In this document: piece by piece, positions 12,560 through 21,440 of the stretch
How the letters are laid out: each line of letters opens with the position of its first letter
Numbering within the stretch: position 1 is the stretch's first letter
Translations under genes and position numbers: made by a program
Notes under the pieces: generated by a model
The model's input: the letters and a program-made list of their open reading frames with translations, nothing else
Told to the model about the DNA's origin: nothing
Database searches by the model: none
Assembly: GCA_013115145.1 (NCBI GenBank)
Contig: JAAPAO010000009.1
Location: 62,001 to 126,000 of the forward strand
Source of the DNA: Perkinsus chesapeaki ATCC PRA-425
Taxonomy: Eukaryota; Protista; Perkinsozoa
Length of the DNA: 64,000 bases
Reading direction: 5' to 3'

Positions 12560-13105
12560 TCATCCCCACTTTGAGACCTCCTTTTGGACATCTTCCACGG
12601 AGCAGCCAAGCTGACCAAGTCTGGCCAGACGATTCCTGAGGAGGAGCTCCTCTCGGGCCAGGCGATCTCGTCGACGGTTGTGGGCTCTGACGTCGCAGAG
12701 GAGATCGGCCAGTAGTACAGCCTTGGCCTCCTCTGAGTCATCGGGGAGGTGCCTTGATTCCCCCTCTATGGCCCATAGGTCCACAGACTCGCCCTTAGTC
12801 ACCGTCTGCCGGCTCATGTACAAGGGCCGCTTCTCTGATGAGGGCTTCCGGGGAGGGGAAGAGCTGCTGCTGCCGACGAGGCTCGTCCGGTTGCCCACAG
12901 AGTAGCTGCCGAAAGGAGAGCTTTCCTCAGCCGTCCGCGGCTTGCCCAGCTTGATGGTGTGCCGACTGACCGCCTGGGCCAGGGCGCTGGTTCCGCCGCT
13001 TCTGGAGGGCTGTGGCGGCTTTCGAGGCTTTTCGGTCAGAGGCACCGAGTCCACTGCCCGCTCCAGCTCCGCGACTTGGTCGTATATAGATGTAGTGGGG
13101 ACCAT
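12560..13105 (-). CDS. Hypothetical protein, Ser/Pro-rich middle and C-terminal coiled coil
   Basis: Single 181-aa ORF beginning at ATG; C-terminal heptad-like RRRDRLAREELLLRNRLARL. Confidence 0.55.
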   Translation of the reverse strand: MVPTTSIYDQVAELERAVDSVPLTEKPRKPPQPSRSGGTSALAQAVSRHTIKLGKPRTAEESSPFGSYSVGNRTSLVGSSSSSPPRKPSSEKRPLYMSRQTVTKGESVDLWAIEGESRHLPDDSEEAKAVLLADLLCDVRAHNRRRDRLAREELLLRNRLARLGQLGCSVEDVQKEVSKWG

Positions 13106-13202
13106 TTAAGACTCTTAAGTTAAGAGAAGTAAACTGAGATGGAGACCATCCCCGCCCCCAACACAAGCGACAGCAGCGGTGATGCTACAATAGTACCGTT
13201 GG

Positions 13203-14621
13203 CTATGCCTTCGACAGGCGGGCCACATAGCCGCTCATCTTCCCCTCTTTTTCCTCGTTCCGAACTGCATCCACTGAGATGCCCGGCACAGATTTCATGG
13301 CCTTCGACCAGGATTTGAACCCGTACTTGGCCAGATTCACGGGGCCCAGGTCGGATTCAACCTTGTGCTTCACTAACGAGATGTTACAGCCGTCATCTCC
13401 GGCCACGACTGACCGGATCGCCTCTTCGGTCTCGGGTGGCAATCGGAACATATCTTTCTTTTGATCGGCGAGCTTGGCCTGGAGCTCCTCACCCTGAAGA
13501 TTCTCCTCCAAAACCTTCGCTGTGCGCAACGCTCGACCCTTCACTACAAATTCCTCGCCAGCGCATTTCTCAATGAACCTCTCCGCGCCTTGGGCAGTCT
13601 TGAAGTAGAGGAAGGCGTGGCCCCGGACCGCCCCAGTTTGCCGCTCCACCGGAATAGCACATCGATCGACCGCCTTCTCGCCCATCCATTCGTTTACGGC
13701 ATCCCGGAGCTCCCCCAGGCCAGTGGTCCTGTCTATGTTGGACACGAACACTGTACGGTCGGCCGGAGTGTGCTTCTGGCGCTTCCTAGGGGGTTCTTCC
13801 TCCTCCCCCGACCCTCTGGCCTTACCCACGTCCTCCCGGTGCCTTCTCTCGGCCTCACAGTCCTTCACAACCTCTGCGACATGCGTGTCCACCACCCTAG
13901 ACTTCCCTCGGAACGCATCCAACCAGACCGGGGCAGCATCACCGGCAACACCAGCGCAAGGAAAGTGCTCGGATACGGCGTCGATGAGCCTGAGGATCTC
14001 TCCCTCCAGTAGGGGCAGTCGCGAGCCTAACGTATCTCTAACGCACCGATAGATATCATGGTCACACGGTCGCTGCAGATCCTCGTCCACGCATTTGGCC
14101 AGGAGCTCTACAACGCAATCGATCACCCTGCGCATCTTCGTGTGATTCAGCCTCGCCTTCACCTCCTCGCTCACCGGCAACTCGCACTCCACGGTGTTGA
14201 ACCGTATGCCCCTGAGGGCCACCCTAGCGGCCAGGCCATGGCCCTCTCGAGCCGGGACCTTTACTTTGATATATGGGGATTTCAACATCACTCCTGGCCG
14301 CTGGCCCTTGCCTAGGGATGCCTTCCTGTGGACTATGGCCCCCTCCTGCATCAGCATCTTCATCACAACCCCACCCAGCTCCCTATCACCTTTGGCCGCC
14401 GTCAACCTTGGGATGTCCTCAGCGGCTCGGTCGAAGCTGGACCGTAGTGGCCCATAGACGCAGTCGAATTGTGTGCTCTCGGGCGGCTGGAAAAATACGA
14501 AGTAAGATTTGCCACCGTTGCACTTGGCGATTCGGCAATGTGTCCGAGCGTTGGTCTTGCCCGGGCACCACTCAGCGTCCCTCCTCTCCGGTGGAAGGCT
14601 CGTCCTCCACTTTGGCGGCAT
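13203..14621 (-). CDS. RNA-binding protein with RRM and C-terminal LOTUS (OST-HTH) domain, intronless
   Basis: RRM: RTVFVSNID...VRGHAFLYF; LOTUS-like: EAIRSVV..DDGCNISLVKHKVESDLGPVNLAKYGFKSWSKAMKSVPGISV; NLS-like PPRKRQK. Confidence 0.75.
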   Translation of the reverse strand: MPPKWRTSLPPERRDAEWCPGKTNARTHCRIAKCNGGKSYFVFFQPPESTQFDCVYGPLRSSFDRAAEDIPRLTAAKGDRELGGVVMKMLMQEGAIVHRKASLGKGQRPGVMLKSPYIKVKVPAREGHGLAARVALRGIRFNTVECELPVSEEVKARLNHTKMRRVIDCVVELLAKCVDEDLQRPCDHDIYRCVRDTLGSRLPLLEGEILRLIDAVSEHFPCAGVAGDAAPVWLDAFRGKSRVVDTHVAEVVKDCEAERRHREDVGKARGSGEEEEPPRKRQKHTPADRTVFVSNIDRTTGLGELRDAVNEWMGEKAVDRCAIPVERQTGAVRGHAFLYFKTAQGAERFIEKCAGEEFVVKGRALRTAKVLEENLQGEELQAKLADQKKDMFRLPPETEEAIRSVVAGDDGCNISLVKHKVESDLGPVNLAKYGFKSWSKAMKSVPGISVDAVRNEEKEGKMSGYVARLSKA

Positions 14622-14893
14622 GGCTACACCTGAACACCAACAGTGCACCTTAGCACCTCATGACACCGACAACGCAACGCCTTTCGGAGCTCCGCAAGAA
14701 AATTCTTCTTGGGCTCCTGCTGCTGGCATGCAATTAGAAATGATAGGCATTAGGACGCTTCCACCGCGGCCGATCTGTACAAGTTACTGGCGTGACGCCT
14801 GTTGTCGCTTAGCCTTGGCCCGCTGGGCCCACTGATACCGCTGCCAGGACGTCTGGGTGTGACCATCTGGCGTACGGGATCTACCAGCAGCAG

Positions 14894-15779
14894 CTATCCA
14901 GGGACAGATGGACGGGGCTGGTAGTACCTCATCCGAGGAGAACTGCACTGGTGCTGCTGCCGTCGCGTCCGCGAGGGGCTTCTCCCTCTGGAGGGTGGCC
15001 TGGCCAGATGCTCCGACTCATCGGTGGGGAAGGGAGGGGGCCGCGGGTAGCCGCCCGACCCCCGACGATTCGCTGGAGATGTTCGCCGGACTATCTCGAG
15101 CTCCGCCCGCAATGATGCGTTTTCAAGCCTGAGTGCTCGGACCTCTGATCGACACACAAATGAGCCTACGCCTCCACAGCCCATCATTACCTTCGTCCAG
15201 CTCCATTAGGCGACCCTCGAGGACCGCGGTGGCCCTCGATCGCTCCGGGGACAGATACCTAGTAGCCTCGGCAGGGCTCGGCACCCACCCAGGCCGCCGG
15301 GCAGCTGCTCTCCTCTCCCCCCATTCTGTCGGCATCAAATGTGGTAAGGCCGTCGAGGGTAAGTGGGCCTGCCTGGTGACCGGGCTGGAGGCGGGGGCTG
15401 CCTTATCGCTGGGCATCCCTCCCGAAATGGACTTCGGTGAGGAAGAGGCCATGACTGGTGTCGCCGATGGCTGCTGCTGGTCTCTGCTCTTCCTCATAGG
15501 CTCCTCGGAAACCCTCTCCGGTGAGAAAGAGTCCTCCCGCTGCCAAGTGCAGTCGTGGATCTCCCTGGGCACCGCCGCCGCCGCGGCCGTGGACCGTCGC
15601 CACCAAGGCGTTGCCGCCAGTGGATGATCCAGGCTCTCTCTCACCGTCTGTAATGGCGGCGGATGCCCTCCTCCTCGCTTCACCTGCCTTAACTCCTCTC
15701 GTAGGGCTCTGACCTCGGCTGCCAGAGTTGCCCGAGACTCGGCTAGAGGATCTGATTCTCCACTAGACTTGGGGGGCAT
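14894..15779 (-). CDS. Low-complexity Pro/Ser/Arg-rich protein with two short coiled coils
   Basis: Two similar segments AEVRALREELRQVKR and EVRALRLENASLRAELEIVRR joined across an intron near 15150-15195; ends approximate. Confidence 0.45.
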
Positions 15780-15895
15780 AACCTCGTAGGCGCTGATCAA
15801 CCTGTCGTACCCGGTCCCAATTAAAACGTCAACGCAACATAACAACAATAATAACCTTGGAAACATGCTCCCTGGAAGCCTAAGGATCCGGTAAA

Positions 15896-15973
15896 GGAAT
15901 CAGTGCAGATCTTGGTAGAACTGTTCACCGGCGACTTATCGTCTCCAGATTCAAAGGAGTTGTCATCATATTA
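15896..15973 (-). ncRNA. Box C/D snoRNA, U24-like copy A
   Basis: Minus strand: TGATGA (15968-15963) ... ACCAAGATCTGCA-CTGA (box D 15903-15900); guide complementary to the conserved LSU rRNA motif UGCAGAUCUUGGU. Confidence 0.85.
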
Positions 15974-15980
15974 ACATTAG

Positions 15981-16061
15981 GAGGATCAGTGCAGATCTTG
16001 GTAAGACTGTTCATCGACCTCTTCTTCGAGGCCTCCAGTGCGGTATGTTATCATCATCCCT
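15981..16061 (-). ncRNA. Box C/D snoRNA, U24-like copy B
   Basis: TGATGA (16056-16051), same ACCAAGATCTGCA guide before CTGA (15989-15986), terminal stem GAGG(G)A/TCCTC. Confidence 0.85.
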
Positions 16062-16071
16062 CAATCATTAG

Positions 16072-16149
16072 CGTTTCAGCCCTTAGACCTTTGTATCTTC
16101 ACAGTTAACTCAGGTTAACGAGATTCCATAAAGATTTGCTCATCATCAA
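16072..16149 (-). ncRNA. Box C/D snoRNA, snR47/U36-like
   Basis: TGATGA (16145-16140), D' CTGA (16113-16110) preceded by GGAATCTCGTTAA (complement of LSU UUAACGAGAUUCC), box D CTGA (16079-16076) preceded by GTCTAAGGG. Confidence 0.85.
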
Positions 16150-16159
16150 CATCCTCATA

Positions 16160-16246
16160 CAAGCCTCAGGCTATGGGTGGTTGTGATTATATCTCCACAT
16201 CTTAGTCAGACGAACGAGACCTTCACATTTAGTCATCCTAGGCTTG
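16160..16246 (-). ncRNA. Box C/D snoRNA with two SSU rRNA guides, copy A
   Basis: Terminal stem AAGCCT/AGGCTT, variant box C AGGATGA, D' guide AAGGTCTCGTTCGT (vs SSU ACGAACGAGACCUU), D guide ACCACCCATAG (vs SSU CUAUGGGUGGU). Confidence 0.85.
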
Positions 16247-16258
16247 CTAACAGTTACA

Positions 16259-16346
16259 AGTGCCTCAGGCTATGGGTGGTTGTGATTATATCTCCATGTC
16301 TTATGTCAGACGAACGAGACCTTCACATTTAGTCATCACTGGCACT
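16259..16346 (-). ncRNA. Box C/D snoRNA with two SSU rRNA guides, copy B
   Basis: Terminal stem AGTGCC/GGCACT, box C GTGATGA, D' and D CTGA; both guides identical to the neighbouring copy. Confidence 0.88.
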
Positions 16347-16626
16347 GTGCATTAAAGGGATATACGAGCTTGAAAGGCCGGTTGATCCACGAGAGGGAGC
16401 AATCGGTGAGTAAAGACTCTATCAGTATTCCGGACAACTTAGACGGGAGACTATCGGATAAGTCAACCACCTGCGTAAGTACGCGTCTACACAAGACGAT
16501 CGTTTCCCTTTACCCACAGTTAACGCAACACTATATGATATCGGCGTCCAGTGGTAATCAGCAAGGCTCCAGCGGTAGGCTGTATATTAGCAATAACCAA
16601 ATATAGTTACTACCAAGAACCAACAT

Positions 16627-16962
16627 TTAGATACCGATCTTTGTGCGCCTCCAGTGACGACGCTTAGCGTTGTATCTGGAGAGAGGGGATGAGCTGATTG
16701 TACGAGAGAGCGGTATGAGGCCCACCTGATGGTGTTGTTGGTTTTCATACGGAACCACTGGGGCAGAGGGCGATTCTGCTTGATCTTCTTGCCCAAAGTT
16801 CTTTTAGTCTTGAAGGACTTGATGGAACCCTGAAACAGGCAACAATTACCGGAGGAAAATACGCCGAAAGCAGACAACCACGAGGACGCCTTTCGAGCCG
16901 CAGCAACGCATAAGGAGCAATACCCTGTTTAGAGAGCATTCTATCGACCCTATTATTACCAT
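16627..16962 (-). CDS. RPL39: 60S ribosomal protein L39 (eL39), 3 exons
   Basis: ATG-only exon at 16962-16960, intron to 16830, exon 16829-16726, intron, exon 16675-16627: [51 protein letters not shown]. Confidence 0.97.
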
Positions 16963-17010
16963 GCTGGATGGACGGCTGATTTACCTGACACCTCTGGCGG
17001 TGATGCTGTT

Positions 17011-17030
17011 AATCGATCACGTGATCGATT
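17011..17030. promoter_or_regulatory. Perfect 20-bp palindrome with CACGTG core upstream of RPL39
   Basis: AATCGATCAC|GTGATCGATT, about 50 nt upstream of the RPL39 ATG. The sequence is seen directly; a regulatory role is inferred. Confidence 0.4.
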
Positions 17031-17695
17031 TTCGTAAGCGCAAGTCGGCGCGAGATCACGGTGCCGCGGCAGTCCACGCTAGTGCAGTAGCCCAATGATA
17101 ACTACTTGCCCGTTCCAGAGAATACAATGGAGAATGGTGCCAGGCCAATGCCTATATCACCGAAGTGATATTTTCGCTGGACTTTTCAGGTTGCACGATA
17201 ACTTGGCTTTTCGCTCCTTGGCGATAACAGCCTCTGCCTTCTAGATTCGCGCCATGTTCACTGAATAGAATCTGGGCAACTGGACCGATTATAGAATCGC
17301 CTTTTACGTGTGATAAGCATTTCTTGATTTTAAAATTTGTTTATTGAACGACCCCGTAGGTTCTCCGATCGCTAGAGGTAGGAGGATTGACTCGGGAGGA
17401 TTGACAACTGTAGCCCACATTGAGGAGCATTAGTCGACCTGTGTTCGGCCCATAGAGAGCACCAGTGCGTGCTTTTCATCTTCTGCAACGTCCACACAAC
17501 ACTAAGCAACACAACAGAAAACCTTATTCAATCAAAGTAGTCAAATTTACTAGAATAAACAAGCCAACGCTGTCACTGAGCGAAGGCTGCTAACTATGAA
17601 CAAAATTAAAGAACAGGGATAAGCACTGGTCATGCACTTTGCCACAACCAGCAACAGTATAAGTAACGGAGCGTAGCTCGGAATTATTTTGTAAA

Positions 17696-18346
17696 TTACA
17701 TAGCTGCGTTGAATGCAACTGCACCAATAGCCGCAGCAGCACCACATACACCAAGACTGATAGCCTCCTTCGCTCCGGAGATCGTCGGAGGTGGAGGAGG
17801 CGTCCGGGTGGTACCACCAGTAGCTCCTGAGTAATCACACTCCTGAGCTTGCTCCCAGCCACCAGGGATAGCATTAGCGGGATAGAACTGAGCCTGGGCT
17901 TGCTTGTAATCTGAGCAATAACACTTCTTCATTCCACCATGGCATACACGACCAGACGGAGGCTCCCATACAAGACAGTATCCACCCGCCTCAACATCAG
18001 AACAATAATCCTCCCAGCAATCCATCAATGTAACAGGATCGGGATAGATACAAGTGGTGTTGCTGCCGGGGTTGAACTGCGTATCGTGGCAGAAACCAGT
18101 GGGGCAAGCCATCACCATGTTTGTATTAGGAACCGTAGTCGCCGGGGCGCCAGTGGTCGGAACACCACCGCCGCCACCCTGTGAAGGGGTCGTCTGCCCA
18201 CCAATAGGAGGGTTAGTCATAGCCCCTTGAGTCGTGGTCATAATCGGGGCCTGAGTTGTGATCGTAGAATTACCAGAGCCTGTGGAATTATCAGCGGCCA
18301 CTCCCAGGACCAAAAGACCAAAGTATGCAAGGATCTTCCCGTTCAT
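17696..18346 (-). CDS. Secreted, putatively GPI-anchored mucin-like protein with 8-Cys module, paralog 1
   Basis: Signal peptide MNGKILAYFGLLVLGVAA, T/P/G-rich stalk, module CPTGFCHDTQFNPGSNTTCIYPDPVTLMDCWEDYC...GGYCLVWE...VCHGGMKKCYC, hydrophobic C-terminus; intronless. Confidence 0.85.
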   Translation of the reverse strand: MNGKILAYFGLLVLGVAADNSTGSGNSTITTQAPIMTTTQGAMTNPPIGGQTTPSQGGGGGVPTTGAPATTVPNTNMVMACPTGFCHDTQFNPGSNTTCIYPDPVTLMDCWEDYCSDVEAGGYCLVWEPPSGRVCHGGMKKCYCSDYKQAQAQFYPANAIPGGWEQAQECDYSGATGGTTRTPPPPPTISGAKEAISLGVCGAAAAIGAVAFNAAM

Positions 18347-19274
18347 TGTAAGGCGATATGCCTGTAATAACACGGCAAAAAACGTTTAATAACTTAATTT
18401 AGTTTGGCGGGAACTAGTGCTAGCAACGCGCTGTCTCCTGTAACACAAAGAAGGCTAAGAGAGATTCGGCACAGGCGTCTACTAGCGCATATCAAGGTTT
18501 GCATCTATAATTGCTCGTCCGACAGTAGAGAGCGGTTATGGCACTTGAAGTGCGTCGTCTACGTATACTGCAAGTCGGCAGTGTACGGCTGCGGTGTTCA
18601 GCGTAGATCACCGAATGTCTGCCGCCTAGCTGAGGTATGAAATCATCTTCGGCGGTGTTCGAGGTTTTGTTGTCTACTATTGTGTCATTGATTCTTGTTT
18701 GGTATTGCGACACTTTCATGCTTGATATTCTCCTGAATTACATGGAGCATTACTCTGCGGCGCATATATTCCTGCTGGCAGCAAAGACTATATAACTATA
18801 TGAGTGAACTCTATTTGGGAGATACATAGGTCTAAGCGTATCATGTGCCAGCTGCCCAGATTGATCGGTTAGCGGTTTGCCAGTCGCGGTCACTCGGCTC
18901 ATCTGGAAGTTTACCTTTTCTTTGCCTGCGGCAGCCCCGCCAGTGACGAACACAAAACGTGAACCTTCAAGCCGAGACGAAGAAGACATCCGTAACAATC
19001 AGCTCGGAAGATCAGAAGCCCTTCCGACACGCAAGCAAGAGACAGCAGCCTATTATCGCAGCTTGAAAGCTTATATACTGCTCCTAGAGCAGAACGCCAC
19101 CAGTACGACGATGGCATGATTAACCTCCAACTATCATATAAATAACAGGGCAATTGCCCCGGACTGAGTTGGTACATATATGGGATACAACAACACTCGC
19201 GGTTACCACGAGAGCAGCAGTAGAATAAATGATAACTGGTCAATAGGAAGTCGGAAGCGACATCTCCACAGCTT

Positions 19275-19985
19275 TCAGTTTGATCTTGAAACCTCTGCAA
19301 CAACGGCGAAACCTACTGCCAGAGCACCACCAGACACGCTGTTCATTGCACCACTAGTGCTCGGAGTAGTGGTAGTAGGCTGAACTTTTCCACCGTTGGG
19401 CTGACCGGGCATGTCACTGGGAGGGCCATTATAATCGCAATCACGGGCTTCCGCCCAACCGCTTGGTATTTCGGAAGGCAAAACGTAGTGGCCTTTTACG
19501 ACCTCGTAATCTTCGCAATAGCACGGTTTCGGCGTTCCGTGGCACATGCGATCAGACGGATCCTCCCACACTAAACAGTACGATCCCACTTTCACTTTAT
19601 CGCAGTATTTCTCCCAGCAATCCATCAGAACTACCGGATCGGGATAGATACAAGCAGTCGTGCTCGGAGGGTTGAATTGGGTGTCTCGGCAGTAGTTTTC
19701 GGGGCACACAAACACATTGGCGTTTGGTGTTGTAGACGTCGACACTGGAGACGATGAAGAGGACACTCTGGACGTAGTAGTAGATGTGGCATTAGACGGT
19801 GAGGTCATAGGAACGCTTGTGGGAGAGGCAGGCGTAACAGTAGTGGATGCCAAACCATCAGCAGATAGACTTCTTGGGACCGAGTCTCCGATGAAGTGAA
19901 CGTCCGCTTTGGGACCCACACGTTCTGATGCAGCCCCACCATACATACACCACGAAAAGAAAAGCAAAGTGCGAAGCGCCTTCAT
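19275..19985 (-). CDS. Secreted mucin-like protein with 8-Cys module, paralog 2
   Basis: Signal peptide, S/T-rich stalk, CPENYCRDTQFNPPSTTACIYPDPVVLMDCWEKYC...SYCLVWE...MCHGTPKPCYC; C-terminal hydrophobic stretch ending EVSRSN. Confidence 0.85.
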   Translation of the reverse strand: MKALRTLLFFSWCMYGGAASERVGPKADVHFIGDSVPRSLSADGLASTTVTPASPTSVPMTSPSNATSTTTSRVSSSSSPVSTSTTPNANVFVCPENYCRDTQFNPPSTTACIYPDPVVLMDCWEKYCDKVKVGSYCLVWEDPSDRMCHGTPKPCYCEDYEVVKGHYVLPSEIPSGWAEARDCDYNGPPSDMPGQPNGGKVQPTTTTPSTSGAMNSVSGGALAVGFAVVAEVSRSN

Positions 19986-21440
19986 GATAAAGGCGTGTTA
20001 GCAGCAACGCGATGAGAGTTAGTCTTTGGAAGGACAATCTGGAAAAGGGGACATAGCGTTGCACAATTGTGACAATGGAGCGCATTTGGAGGTACATCGC
20101 TCAAGCCGAGTATCTCGATAACAGAACAGTGCCCAGGACACCGGGGCTTTTGATTCTGCAGCCAAAGGACATCCAAAGGAGCGTAGACTAGAAACGCTAA
20201 GATTATAAGAGAGCTTGTTCCAGCCGATTTCTAGCTGACGCAAACGACATTTTCTCGAGTTACATTTTCAAACATCAGCATTGAAGGATTTTCAGCTTGG
20301 AGAATGGGTTAGCAAATACAACACGGTCATGCGACCTTTGCGGCTGAGCTCTCAGGGCGGGGCGGGACTTCATAACACGCTCGCTGCCAGCGAGTCGCTG
20401 GTCTCATCTATCGAGGAAAACTAGCTGACTGGACTATCCAGCTAGTTCTTGACAATCGGGAAGCTCGGGATCGAAGAGCATTACCGGCACCCCAAAACTG
20501 CATGCTTTGACTACTCTATCGGCTAGCCACTTCACGATAACTAGCGAGAAATTCAGTGCTCTTGGCAGAACTACTCATTTCAACCAAAGAGGTCGCCCCC
20601 TTGGCCGAAGAAAACGACGTGTATGAATCATCCACACGTTGGTTAGATGCGTCTGATAGAAATGAGTATCATAGTCAGACTCTTATATTATTAAATTAAT
20701 TCTCATAGGCGTGTGTTCCCGAAAATGCGGAACCCAAAACGTTAGTGCTGCACCAGGCAAGCATTTCGAACATGAGCCCAGAACGACAGAAAAAGCCATG
20801 TCCGCAATTCATCTTATACGCGACCGACCGCTCGTAAAAGCTGCGCCTGCCACAGTACATCGCGGTACCCAAAGCAGGTAACCGCCCACCAAGGGTACTA
20901 TAAGGTGTAATTTATACTGTTTAGCTTATGCGCTCGGTCCCATCATCCAATGTTACTAGGAAATCACAATCCCCCGTATTGACAAACTCTCATCAACACA
21001 CAGATGATACAAGGAACATACCCAGCGTTTGGATAGGGAGGCAGAATTCCACACAAATAGTTCAGAAGGAAACGAATGTACAATTGGTCGCATCCGTATC
21101 ACACGAAAAAATACAAGGAAGCAACACTGCCGTCTAGAACAAGCCATAACAGTTAAACAACATCATTGCTAAGTAGTTGCTACTACCCAGACCGGACTTG
21201 GGGTAACCAAACACCGGAGAGGAATAGGATACCCTGTTAGCTTACTTCAAACAAGATTCTTCTGAGCTTGTTAGAAGGGCAACAATGATTAGTTTAATGA
21301 TAAGGCTCATACTTTACATATATTTATGAAGTAGAAATGAACTACTGGTATGTGAAGGAACGGCTAGAATGACGGAGCACGAGTAATAGCATCAGTCAGC
21401 AGCAGCAGAAGTAACAGAGAAAGTACAGGAACCGATACTT

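Noticed and set aside
15896-16346. Direct repeats that could be read as a CRISPR-like repeat-spacer array
   Set aside because: Only two copies of each of two different repeats, eukaryotic context, no cas genes; fully explained by duplicated C/D snoRNAs.
17299-17307. GCCTTTTAC, the invariant U5 snRNA loop I sequence
   Set aside because: The flanks do not form the closing stem required for U5 stem-loop I; treated as chance.
20450-21390. Long intergenic region checked for transposon or retroelement coding remnants
   Set aside because: No RT, integrase or transposase motif and no terminal repeats recognisable by eye.
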